Virus record (IMG/VR): IMGVR_UViG_3300027816_000056
Direction: 5' to 3' (one strand)
DNA from: a virus
Length of the DNA: 64,000 nucleotides
Shown: positions 1 to 9,225 of the stretch, in pieces
Layout: the number at the start of each line of letters is the position of its first letter
How positions within the stretch are numbered: position 1 is the stretch's first letter
Notes under the pieces: model-generated
What the model was told of the DNA's origin: nothing
The model's database searches: none
The model's input: the letters and a program-made list of their open reading frames with translations, nothing else
Position numbers and translations under genes: made by a program

Positions 1-609
1 ATCTGTTAAAATAATTTCATTAACCCATTTAGATGGTTTTAATTTAGGTACTTCGTGAACTGCTGAATCATTACCGAATTTCAAATCAATTTGATATCTG
101 TCTCCAGTTAATATCATTATACTATCTTTACCTAATCTGGATAAAACCATTTGTAATTGTTGTTTAGTTAAATTTTGAAATTCATCCACAATACAAATTG
201 CATTATCAAATGTTCGTCCTCGAAAATGTGCTAATGACACTAATTCAATATTTTCTTCTCGTTCCATTTTATCTAGAAGTTCTGGTTTATTGTACACTTT
301 ACGCATATTGCTTCGAAGCGGAACTAACCATGGATCCATTTTTTCTGCTAATGAACCAGGTAAAAATCCGTTATCTTCATTAGACACTGTAGGACGAGTT
401 ATTATAATTTTATTTATTCTGCGTTTAAAAAACATATCCAATGCAATTTGAACTGCTAACAATGTTTTACCAGAACCAGCTTTTCCTAATATAAAATTAA
501 ATGGAGTATGCAATATTAATTCTTTTGCTCGTTTTTGTTCTTCTGATAATGTTATTGAATATTTAATATCAGTTTTTGGTGGAGTTTTCTCCTTGTTCGT
601 TGTTGCCAT
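1..609 (-). CDS. phoH: PhoH-family ATPase (3' end truncated by window edge)
   Basis: Manual translation from ATG at 609: MATTNKEKTPPK...GKAGSGKTLLA...TRPTV...GFLPGSLAEKMDPW...FRGRTF...IVDEFQN...SRLG...TGDRYQID, which are the diagnostic PhoH motifs. Confidence 0.93.
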   Translation of the reverse strand, partial: MATTNKEKTPPKTDIKYSITLSEEQKRAKELILHTPFNFILGKAGSGKTLLAVQIALDMFFKRRINKIIITRPTVSNEDNGFLPGSLAEKMDPWLVPLRSNMRKVYNKPELLDKMEREENIELVSLAHFRGRTFDNAICIVDEFQNLTKQQLQMVLSRLGKDSIMILTGDRYQIDLKFGNDSAVHEVPKLKPSKWVNEIILTD

Positions 610-628
610 AATAACCTTAAAATAACAA

Positions 629-904
629 TTAAAATAATTTTGTAAGTGTTGATTCCCGAAGAGTCATGTCTTTAAGTGTTTCAATTTTACCTAAACACAT
701 TTTTCGAATTGCTTGAAATGTTTGACGTGCCGGATATGGTGTCATAACTTTAAGTGTGATTAATTCTTTATCAGGTCCTAAATCTTGTTCAATGTGAACC
801 ATTAGTACTAATCGAATTGCGCGAATTCTATCTAATACATCTACGAGGCGACCATCATAGCGAATAATTGCTTGCATGGAATATTTGTTTCTAGGTACTG
901 CCAT
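629..904 (-). CDS. Hypothetical protein (~91 aa, likely start MAVPRNK at 904)
   Basis: ORF; late-promoter motif at 920-927 lies just upstream of ATG 904; the longer start at 958 falls inside the MCP terminator. Confidence 0.7.
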   Translation of the reverse strand: MAVPRNKYSMQAIIRYDGRLVDVLDRIRAIRLVLMVHIEQDLGPDKELITLKVMTPYPARQTFQAIRKMCLGKIETLKDMTLRESTLTKLF

Positions 905-933
905 ATTAGTTCTTTTAATATAAATATCATACA

Positions 934-962
934 GTAAAAAAGGGATGACCGAAGCCACCCCT
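934..962 (-). terminator. Rho-independent terminator after major capsid gene
   Basis: Minus strand GGGGTGGC-TTCG-GTCATCCC-TTTTTT, with a cUUCGg tetraloop. Confidence 0.88.
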
Positions 963-1011
963 CTTTCTTAATCATTCTTTAATTCTTTAAGTCAATTTAT
1001 TCAATTAACTA

Positions 1012-2676
1012 TTAAAGAGTGTTTAATCCGTGTACGTATACTTTACCGTAGAATTCTGGACGAACTACTTTCTTCGCGTAACGTGTCATAACACCTTTAC
1101 GTGGAGTAAAGTTAACTGGATCATATACAAGCGGAGTCATAATCAATGGAATATATGGAGAGAATACAGCACCTGTTTCAAGGAATTGCGAACCTCTGAA
1201 GCCCATTAAGATTACATTTTCTAACATGTATGGATTTTTATAAACCGTGTAGCGATTATTAATTGAACCAATTTTTTGTACACCTGCTGCAAATTCCATC
1301 TTTGTTCCATCAGTATCAGCAGCAAATCCAGGAATTGATTCAAGGATAGTTGCAACCGCAGGAGATGTTACTAGGAAGTTAGCACCACCACGCAATGTTT
1401 TTTGGTGAATCTTATTTGATACTTTTTGCAGTTTAGTACCGAGAGTTTGGAACCAACCACCTTGTGTATTGTAATATCCATCACCAACCGCGGTTGCAGC
1501 GCCAGCACCTGATTGTGTAAATCCAGATCCGTTCCAGAAATTATTATTTAATGCTGACCAATACTCAGTTGTCGGAGCTGCGGCAATCAACATATCGAGA
1601 ATTTCGAGATCAATTTCCATTGATACATACTCAGAAAGCATTGAAGTCAATTCAGCTTCAGCATCAATTGAGTGGTACGCATTAAGATCTTGAGCAAATT
1701 CAGGAGTCCATACTGCTTTCAACTTACGAGTCTTAGCAACGATTGGCTCTGATTGCATTTCAAGATTGATTTCCGGAATATCAATATCTGTACCAACATT
1801 AATACCAGATTGACCGGATCCTTTGAAAGGATTTTTATCTTCAAAATCTCCTCTAGTAATGTCAGTAGGTTGAATACTATAATTGATCTTTGGATTTGCA
1901 GATGCACTAACTAATGTAGCTAATGAAGAAGATTGTGCAGTAGTTACGATAAACGATGCAGTATAGTTACTATCAATTTTAGAAAATGCCTGTACAGGAA
2001 TCAATTCAGTGTTTCCAGAACCTGATAATAATGTAAATGAACGAACTGCATATAAATCAGCATTAGTAGGAATAGGCATTGTAACTAAAGCGTATTGACT
2101 TGGCAAGAATGCACTATCAAAATTAAGAGATGCTGATGTAGCAGCTCCAATTGTAAATGATGCAAAACCTACAGATCCAGTTACGTTATTAATTGAATAA
2201 CCAAAACGACCTGCACCATAAAGACCGCCAGCTGCATCAGAACCGGTAGTAGTAACACCAAACATGGAATCTAATGCATTAGGATTACCAAATGGATCAC
2301 CTGTACGAAGATTATTATCATCATCAAATCCAGGCTGAGCTGTACCATACTTAAAATCTAGATAGAAGATAAGTCCTGATGGCAAGTTCATTGGCTGAAC
2401 TGAAACGAATTCTTTTGCAGCAAATTCAGCAAAAATTCTTCTTACCAAAGGAAGTGCAACACCTGCCCATTCTTCTGATCCAGCCGTTGTCCCTGTAGAA
2501 GTTGCTTCTTTTACTAATTGACGTGCTTGGTTTTCAAGCAATTGGGCCATACCTGCTCTTTCGGTTTCACCCTTAAGACCTTCCAATAGTCCGGTCTTTT
2601 CCCATTTTGCTGATAACGCTTTTGCTTGATTTCTTTGTACAAAATCGTTAGTTTGCAATAAATTTGAAATACTCAT
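1012..2676 (-). CDS. Major capsid protein (T4 gp23-like)
   Basis: Motifs VQPMNLPSGLIF, AKTRKLKAVWTPEFAQDLNAYHSIDAEAELTSMLSE, YIPL, FTPRKGVMTRYA. Confidence 0.96.
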   Translation of the reverse strand: MSISNLLQTNDFVQRNQAKALSAKWEKTGLLEGLKGETERAGMAQLLENQARQLVKEATSTGTTAGSEEWAGVALPLVRRIFAEFAAKEFVSVQPMNLPSGLIFYLDFKYGTAQPGFDDDNNLRTGDPFGNPNALDSMFGVTTTGSDAAGGLYGAGRFGYSINNVTGSVGFASFTIGAATSASLNFDSAFLPSQYALVTMPIPTNADLYAVRSFTLLSGSGNTELIPVQAFSKIDSNYTASFIVTTAQSSSLATLVSASANPKINYSIQPTDITRGDFEDKNPFKGSGQSGINVGTDIDIPEINLEMQSEPIVAKTRKLKAVWTPEFAQDLNAYHSIDAEAELTSMLSEYVSMEIDLEILDMLIAAAPTTEYWSALNNNFWNGSGFTQSGAGAATAVGDGYYNTQGGWFQTLGTKLQKVSNKIHQKTLRGGANFLVTSPAVATILESIPGFAADTDGTKMEFAAGVQKIGSINNRYTVYKNPYMLENVILMGFRGSQFLETGAVFSPYIPLIMTPLVYDPVNFTPRKGVMTRYAKKVVRPEFYGKVYVHGLNTL

Positions 2677-2703
2677 TTTGTTTTTTCCTTTTCTTTTTTA
2701 ATG

Positions 2704-3750
2704 TTATAGCAATCCTGCTAATTTTTTCCATCTGTTAGCTAACTCAAATCCTTCAGACAATACTTGAGTTGTTTCTTTTTTAGGAGCTGTGGTTGCAACT
2801 GGTTTAGATGCATACGACTCTTTAACTACTCTTTTCTTAGTTGCTGGACGTTTGAATGATTCAGCTAACGTTGTAAATACTAATTTTACTTCTCTAGTGT
2901 TTCCTGCACGATCAAAGTTTTCAATTACTTTCATTTTTTGACCTTCATTCAACTCAAAATTGCGGAACAATTTGTTTGTGTAAAGAAGTTTTGCATTAAG
3001 AAGATTAACTTCGTTGATGATGCTAGTAAGTTTTTTAACTGTTCGATAAGCTTCTTCAAGCTCTTCTTTCATTGTTTCAACTTCGCCATCAGTTCCTGCA
3101 GGTACTCCTACTTCTTCTTCAGCATCCATGTCATCTTCACGAAGAATAGCTTCAATAATTTCGTCGATTGATTCATCTAACTCTTCATCTTCGCCTTCTT
3201 CTAATTCTTTGTCATCATCATGATGCATTCCCTCTGGCATTAGATCATCTTCTTCCTCTTCCATTTCTTCAGGCATTCCTGCTTCCAATTCGCGGATGAT
3301 AGATTCTAATTCTAGATCTTCATCATCATGACCATAACCTTCATTGTACTCTGCATTCGCGTCTTCATCTGAAATTGGAGCTTCTTCGCCTGGAAGTTCT
3401 TCACCTCCTAGATCTTCTTCATCTCCACCAGCCATTCCGACTTGAAAATCATAATCTTGACCGCCTACTGTTGCTGACAATGAATCATCAGTCCAAGTAA
3501 AGTCTTCTTCTCCGCCTTCAGCTCCCATATCAGCTCCCATATCAGCATCAGCATCAACACCCATAGTGTCAGCTGCAGCATCTATTTCTTCTTCTTCGCC
3601 TTCGATTTCATTTGTTAGTTTTGTAGCTAACATTCTTTCTAGACGAGGAGCAAAAGCTTCTTGCAGAGCAATTTTTGCGTTTGCTAATGCAGTTTCTTTA
3701 ACAGCATTTGCGTCGGCGATTGCTTGTTTTAGCAAATCTGATTTTGCCAT
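2704..3750 (-). CDS. Prohead core/scaffolding protein
   Basis: Highly acidic coiled-coil protein directly upstream of the MCP, with many I/L-x-E sites. Confidence 0.8.
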   Translation of the reverse strand: MAKSDLLKQAIADANAVKETALANAKIALQEAFAPRLERMLATKLTNEIEGEEEEIDAAADTMGVDADADMGADMGAEGGEEDFTWTDDSLSATVGGQDYDFQVGMAGGDEEDLGGEELPGEEAPISDEDANAEYNEGYGHDDEDLELESIIRELEAGMPEEMEEEEDDLMPEGMHHDDDKELEEGEDEELDESIDEIIEAILREDDMDAEEEVGVPAGTDGEVETMKEELEEAYRTVKKLTSIINEVNLLNAKLLYTNKLFRNFELNEGQKMKVIENFDRAGNTREVKLVFTTLAESFKRPATKKRVVKESYASKPVATTAPKKETTQVLSEGFELANRWKKLAGLL

Positions 3751-3783
3751 AATTGTTTTCCCCTAAATTTTTTTTTTTGGAAA

Positions 3784-3851
3784 TAAGATTATTCGAAATC
3801 TTAATAGAATATTTTATTTGGTATAGACGCTATATAAAGATTGAATAGCGT
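3784..3851 (-). promoter_or_regulatory. Two stem-loops in the 5' UTR of the scaffold-MCP operon
   Basis: TAAGATT..AATCTTA (3784-3803) and ACGCTAT..ATAGCGT (3826-3851) downstream of a variant late promoter near 3860. Confidence 0.45.
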
Positions 3852-3887
3852 ATTCTTTAATATATATGACACAGTTTGAAAAAACAG

Positions 3888-3922
3888 TAAAAAAGCCCTA
3901 ACTTTTTACAGAAAGGGCTTTA
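3888..3922 (-). terminator. Terminator after bS21
   Basis: AAAGCCCT...AGGGCTTT inverted repeat followed by a T-run on the minus strand. Confidence 0.75.
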
Positions 3923-3934
3923 ATTAATTTTTTT

Positions 3935-4180
3935 TTATTTAGAATGCATATCTCGTATGTATTGTAAATAAGAAGCTTTAGAATGTTCTTGCCGTTTAAC
4001 TACGCTAGGCTTGATGTATTCTTTGTGTGCTTTAATTGTTTCTAATACACCTGATTGCTTTACTTTGCGTTTCCATGTTTTAAGTGCAGCTGCTAAATCT
4101 TCTCTACTACTTCCTGGTACATGTACTGCTAATGAATTGCCAGGAACAATCATTTGATGTTGTTTTTGTTTTTTACTCAT
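3935..4180 (-). CDS. rpsU: Phage-encoded 30S ribosomal protein bS21
   Basis: DLAAALKTWKRKVKQSGVL...EYIKPSVVKR..KASYLQ is the bS21 signature, with a Bacteroidota-type C-terminus. Confidence 0.9.
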   Translation of the reverse strand: MSKKQKQHQMIVPGNSLAVHVPGSSREDLAAALKTWKRKVKQSGVLETIKAHKEYIKPSVVKRQEHSKASYLQYIRDMHSK

Positions 4181-4189
4181 ATATTGTGT

Positions 4190-4696
4190 TTAAATATTTT
4201 CTGGAGCTTGTGGTGTTGTACGTTGTGGCATTTTTTTCTCACCACGTACATTGAATCGAAAATGTTTGATTTCTGGTTTTTGTGCAATGTATCCTTGTAT
4301 GCGTTGCGATTCTCTTGCAGGATCTTGCCCTAATCTAAAATAAAAATAACCAACTTTACCGGTAGGAGATATAGTATGTTTAACTACGGTAAATCCTTTA
4401 CGCTCAGCCCATTCACGTATTTCTTGTGCTACAGCTTTTGCCTCTGCAGGATCTCTAAGTACATATTCAACACCACCTCGATAATCGGTTATGTTATTAA
4501 CTAATTGAGCTTCATCTATTTCTTCAGAAGTCATGCCTTTCATTAAAGCTTGAGTCTTTTGTAGTTCTTTGTTATAGTTTGCTAAATTTACCGTATCTTT
4601 TGGATCTAATCCAGGAACTACCGGATGTTTAGATGTTGGAGTTGATTGTTCCGTTAAACCAAAAAAGTCTCGATATAATTTTTTAAGTTTATTCAT
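4190..4696 (-). CDS. Hypothetical head-associated protein (start MNKLKK)
   Basis: ORF in the head module; promoter-like element at 4705-4736; LTEQ leader. Confidence 0.65.
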   Translation of the reverse strand: MNKLKKLYRDFFGLTEQSTPTSKHPVVPGLDPKDTVNLANYNKELQKTQALMKGMTSEEIDEAQLVNNITDYRGGVEYVLRDPAEAKAVAQEIREWAERKGFTVVKHTISPTGKVGYFYFRLGQDPARESQRIQGYIAQKPEIKHFRFNVRGEKKMPQRTTPQAPENI

Positions 4697-4736
4697 TTTA
4701 TACCTTAATATAAGTAAATTATGTATTCTATCCAAA

Positions 4737-5114
4737 TTAATTTACATCAAAATATTTATTAAGTCCTTGACCGATACTTTCATATGCCAATGCCATTCTG
4801 TGTTGTGCTTCATTCACTTCGCGAGCTGCATTTTCAAAATCTCTATAATCTTCACTTACTCGTTTAAAATATTTTTTATGTGCTTGATTAGATGCCCAAT
4901 CATCACTTTCAGTCATTATTCTTTCTGCACGTTCTACAATACGTTTAACGCGTTCAACAATTTCTTCCAAGTCACCTTTACCATAAACTGATTCTCCCAT
5001 AGCAGAAAAATTGGCAACTTCTTGTACGAATTGTTGTTTTTCTTCTCTAGACATTGGTTGTGGTTTGTCTTCTAATATTGTTTCCAATATAAACTTTAAA
5101 TTTGGCGTTTTCAT
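4737..5114 (-). CDS. Hypothetical coiled-coil protein (start MKTPNLK)
   Basis: ORF; start at 5114 avoids overlap with the protease gene; ILE leader. Confidence 0.65.
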   Translation of the reverse strand: MKTPNLKFILETILEDKPQPMSREEKQQFVQEVANFSAMGESVYGKGDLEEIVERVKRIVERAERIMTESDDWASNQAHKKYFKRVSEDYRDFENAAREVNEAQHRMALAYESIGQGLNKYFDVN

Positions 5115-5115
5115 A

Positions 5116-5742
5116 TTATATCCTACATTTTCCATCTTCACAGAGTATAGATGTAATTGCATCATGTACTCTTGCGTATTTATTTGTCGTTGTTTTATTT
5201 ACTGATTCATTCATTCGTGTTGGTCGCATAAAAGCTCCATGTGTCGATGGATTTGATACAAAGTCCCAACAAATTAATTCAAAATCTTCTTGTACTTCTA
5301 CAGTGCCTTCATTACGTAGTTCTTTTACAGATCCCAAACCACGTGATGATATTCCCAAAGTAATTCCTGCACGAAATAATTCTTTAAGGATTTTTCCCGA
5401 AGGTGTATCTAATACTTGAACCGTTCCAAGTAAATCATCACCATTCCACCATATTTTTAAAACGTTATGTGATACATTGTTCAAGTTAACTACAGATGAT
5501 TCTGGATGATCTAACTCGCCTAATGCTCTATGCTGATCAATATATTCACGCTGATAACGTTGACATTCTCTTTGCAATATATGTTTAGGATATACTCGTC
5601 CGTTTTGGTTTTTAGCTCCTGCTCTTTGTAAAACTCCTTGCACTACAAAACCACCCGGTATTCCATATGCAGAACCATTTGATTCCGTTAAAGAACCAAC
5701 AGGTCGAAATGGCATATATTCTACTATAAGTTGTTTTGACAT
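5116..5742 (-). CDS. Prohead protease (T4 gp21-like)
   Basis: NQNGRVYP, ALGELDHP, DTPSGKI, GISSRGLGS, DFVSNPS. Confidence 0.95.
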   Translation of the reverse strand: MSKQLIVEYMPFRPVGSLTESNGSAYGIPGGFVVQGVLQRAGAKNQNGRVYPKHILQRECQRYQREYIDQHRALGELDHPESSVVNLNNVSHNVLKIWWNGDDLLGTVQVLDTPSGKILKELFRAGITLGISSRGLGSVKELRNEGTVEVQEDFELICWDFVSNPSTHGAFMRPTRMNESVNKTTTNKYARVHDAITSILCEDGKCRI

Positions 5743-5743
5743 A

Positions 5744-6454
5744 TTATTCCCCTAATGATCTTACTCGTTCTGATATTTTGATTAATTTTTCTGAAATTTT
5801 TTGTAGTGCCTTTGTGGTGCTAGGTCCATATGCTGAGCTAGTTACTCCTGCTTCAGTTTTTAATCTGGTATTGTAATTTACCATAGTTTCAATTTCATGA
5901 AGTTTTTTAGCAATTTCTTGAATAGTCTTTTTAACTTTTTGTTCTGGGGATGTATCTTTATCACCCGTTACAAAATCACGATATCCCTCAATTAATTGTT
6001 CATATTTACGTTCTAGAACTTCTTCTACTTTTAATGTATGTGGGTTTCCCACTTTCAATGTTTTATGTTTTTTAGTAGCGGTACCATGTCCTTTAGTATT
6101 ATCTACAGAAGGATATTTATATTCATCATGTTGCCAATCTGATTCATTCATTGAAAATGGAAATTTTGCCATATATTCTTCTTCTTCTGATTCTGGTCTT
6201 TGGTGATGATAATCATCCTTTAAAGAATAATTTGGAGGAGTATTAACTGATTCTTCTACACCAGATGCATATCCTACTCGTTTTACTTTTTTACGAAAAG
6301 CATTCGGTGTATTATATCCGGCAATAGCACCAGTAACATTTTGTTCATCAATTTCTTCATCACATTTGCATTGATCTTTTGGTTGACCACAATCATCGCA
6401 ATGATTTTCTAATTCAACAAATTTATCTTCTATTTCACGCAAAAATGATTTCAT
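5744..6454 (-). CDS. Hypothetical head-module protein
   Basis: ORF between portal and protease; contains GYNTPNAF. Confidence 0.7.
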   Translation of the reverse strand: MKSFLREIEDKFVELENHCDDCGQPKDQCKCDEEIDEQNVTGAIAGYNTPNAFRKKVKRVGYASGVEESVNTPPNYSLKDDYHHQRPESEEEEYMAKFPFSMNESDWQHDEYKYPSVDNTKGHGTATKKHKTLKVGNPHTLKVEEVLERKYEQLIEGYRDFVTGDKDTSPEQKVKKTIQEIAKKLHEIETMVNYNTRLKTEAGVTSSAYGPSTTKALQKISEKLIKISERVRSLGE

Positions 6455-7302
6455 TATTTAACTTCTTTCAATTCACGAATTAAATCATAATATCTTAGCA
6501 ACGATAAAACGTGTGATTCTTTTATCGTTTTTAAATTTTCAACATTGCACAACATTTCAGAAAGTTTTTGTACTTTTATCTTAATAACTTTGTCATCTAC
6601 CGGTTTTGCAAGTTCTGCAAGTTCGCGTTTAATATTTGGTATTATGGTATGTACATACTCTCGCAATGTTGCTGTGTCATTAACGTGTGTAATGTATTTA
6701 TTTAATAGTTGTTTTTGTGATTCATCTAATCCAGAATATTTTTCATTAAATTTATCAACAAGTAGTTTATACGTTAACAAACGCATTTCTTTTGGTTGTG
6801 ATTCAAATTTTTCTAGAACAGCATCTTTTGTAGGTTTAACACGTTCAACTATAAGTGAGTTTTCAATAATAGCACGTTTGCATTCTAACAATTGTTTTGG
6901 ATTATCTGTTTCTTCATGTTCAAAAATCATGTTGATAGAAGCCAATACTTTGTAATTGCTAATATGCATTTTTGACATGTTTGCAAATATAAATCGATCT
7001 GATATTTCTTTAACTAAGTTATATCTTTGTCTTTTTAAAACAGATTGATTTAGTTTTGCATGTGCTGCTTTAACCGTACGTATGTAATCTAATGCCTGAG
7101 CTTCACTTCGAAATTGTTCTTTAAGTAGTGCATTGTATAGTTGCAATTCCTTTGACAATTCAGTATTACGTCCGAAATATTTTTTAATAATATCAATTGT
7201 TACTGATTTATTAGATGATAATGTTTCCGAAGTTAATTTTCTAACCAACATTTCAAATAAAATACCAGTGTTTTTATATTTTGAATGTTTTAATTTCTTC
7301 AT
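6454..7302 (-). CDS. Hypothetical helical protein (KHSKYKNTGILFE N-terminus)
   Basis: ORF with late promoter at 7329-7336. Confidence 0.75.
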   Translation of the reverse strand: MKKLKHSKYKNTGILFEMLVRKLTSETLSSNKSVTIDIIKKYFGRNTELSKELQLYNALLKEQFRSEAQALDYIRTVKAAHAKLNQSVLKRQRYNLVKEISDRFIFANMSKMHISNYKVLASINMIFEHEETDNPKQLLECKRAIIENSLIVERVKPTKDAVLEKFESQPKEMRLLTYKLLVDKFNEKYSGLDESQKQLLNKYITHVNDTATLREYVHTIIPNIKRELAELAKPVDDKVIKIKVQKLSEMLCNVENLKTIKESHVLSLLRYYDLIRELKEVK

Positions 7303-7344
7303 TTGTTATTCGGCGCCTTAATTTTTATATAAATATGGTTGTAA

Positions 7345-9177
7345 TTATAAAATATTGTTTTCATCTAGCATTGTGCCTGCGTCTAAATCTGTTTCTGTAG
7401 ATTTCTTAAATGTTTCTGTAATAATACTTACTCCAGATTTACCTGACTTCATACCTTTTACAATGCTTTCTGTACGCGTTACTGATAATTTTGATTTGAA
7501 ATTTGGATCAGGTTGATACGTTGTTTTTCTTTGTTCTGGATTAAAAGTTTGCCTAACTTGTTTTGTCCCTGTAGGATCCCATCCAAACTCATTACGATGC
7601 TGTCCTGATTTTATTCCTTCAGGTGGACGACCTCCTTGATCTTTTTCTTCAACTTCTTTGCTTGACATATGTACCGTTGCTAAATCGTGTGGTGTTCCAA
7701 ATGATACTCCCGTTACAGCAGGGTCATTACCTTCTTGTTCAATTTGATTTTGACGGAATCTAAGTTTAAGATCTTCTAAGACATCATTGCGTTCTTGCAA
7801 CCATTGATCTTCGGACATATTGAATATAAACTCATAAATGTATCGATCTGAAACTAATTTGCTATCTTTCATTGCGTTTGCTAATGTAATTTTTTCATTC
7901 ATTAACGCAACTTTTTGTTGGTCATAAATAATAGAAGGAGCTGTTAATTCTAACTCAAATCCAACTAAATCTTCTCCTTCAAAGCCTTGTGCATATAAAT
8001 GTACAATAGCAACTTTTACTAATTCTGATACTACAATTTTTTGTATGCGTTCAATAGTTCTAGCAAATCGAATATCAATTGATGCTAAGTTAACTTTGCC
8101 TTCTTGTGACTCACCATAACCTAAAAATGGTTTAGGAATTTTAAGAGCGGCCATCATTTTATCTTTGATATATTCAATATCATCCATACCCGTAAAAGTC
8201 ATTCCGGGCAATGTATCAATTGTAGTAGATGATTGACCTCCACGAACTGGTAAGTAATAATCTTCCATCATGTTATTAAGATTAAATCTTAAATTGTAAT
8301 TTCCAGTTTGTGGATCAATATGTGGAATTTTTTTCATCTTATTGATAATTTGTTCCATGAAAGTATCAACTTCATTAGGAGGAATATTACCAATATCAAT
8401 TTTAAAAATACGTTTTTCCGGAGCTCTCATGATACGATGTATTAACATTGCATCTTCCATCATCATTAATTTTTGAAATTCTTTACGAGCTCCTTCTAAC
8501 ATGGATCTACCGTACGGTAAAAAGTTAGAATCGGATAACATACGGAAATGTGCAATCTCAAATGTATCATATGTCATTTGTTCTGCAGCAACATTTTTAA
8601 ATTTTATTTCATATTCGCCAGTAGCCTGATTATATTCTTCCCATCGCTCCATTTCATAACTAGAAAAAGGACGTGCATTGATAATTCCTATTTCTTCAGC
8701 AATATCTAATTTTAAAAAGAAATCACCATATTTGGTCATGTTTCGAATCCATGTCCACAGATTAAATTCTACATTTAAAACATCATAAAATAAATTGTAT
8801 AGAATTTTTTGTATGCGAGTGTTGTTAGTTTTAATAGTAAGTATTTCTCCAAACTGATCTGCTAATGTAGATTCATCTGAATAAATATCTAATGCCGCAG
8901 ATATAATTGGATCTTTATCCATCATTTCATAATCAGCATAAAGCTGCATACGATTTTGATGCATATAATAGTTAGAATCATATCCACCCATACCTCCTAC
9001 ACGATGTTTATTAGCACCATGCAGACGCATATATCGGTCCGCGACTTTGCTTTGAGCTAAATTTCCAACACCTTGTAAACGATTGGTATCTACTACTCGT
9101 AGTTTGTCTTTTCCATACGCACGTACAACTACGTTAGTACTAAAAAGATTTTGTAAACGTTTTCTTAATGACGCCAT
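7345..9177 (-). CDS. Portal protein (T4 gp20-like)
   Basis: MMEDAMLIHRIMRAPEKRIFKIDIGNIP, MMEDYYLPVRGG, IDTLPG, ALKIP. Confidence 0.96.
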   Translation of the reverse strand: MASLRKRLQNLFSTNVVVRAYGKDKLRVVDTNRLQGVGNLAQSKVADRYMRLHGANKHRVGGMGGYDSNYYMHQNRMQLYADYEMMDKDPIISAALDIYSDESTLADQFGEILTIKTNNTRIQKILYNLFYDVLNVEFNLWTWIRNMTKYGDFFLKLDIAEEIGIINARPFSSYEMERWEEYNQATGEYEIKFKNVAAEQMTYDTFEIAHFRMLSDSNFLPYGRSMLEGARKEFQKLMMMEDAMLIHRIMRAPEKRIFKIDIGNIPPNEVDTFMEQIINKMKKIPHIDPQTGNYNLRFNLNNMMEDYYLPVRGGQSSTTIDTLPGMTFTGMDDIEYIKDKMMAALKIPKPFLGYGESQEGKVNLASIDIRFARTIERIQKIVVSELVKVAIVHLYAQGFEGEDLVGFELELTAPSIIYDQQKVALMNEKITLANAMKDSKLVSDRYIYEFIFNMSEDQWLQERNDVLEDLKLRFRQNQIEQEGNDPAVTGVSFGTPHDLATVHMSSKEVEEKDQGGRPPEGIKSGQHRNEFGWDPTGTKQVRQTFNPEQRKTTYQPDPNFKSKLSVTRTESIVKGMKSGKSGVSIITETFKKSTETDLDAGTMLDENNIL

Positions 9178-9225
9178 ATTTCTTTTTTAATATAAATATA
9201 ACCATGTTTAGAACCATGCAAGTTT

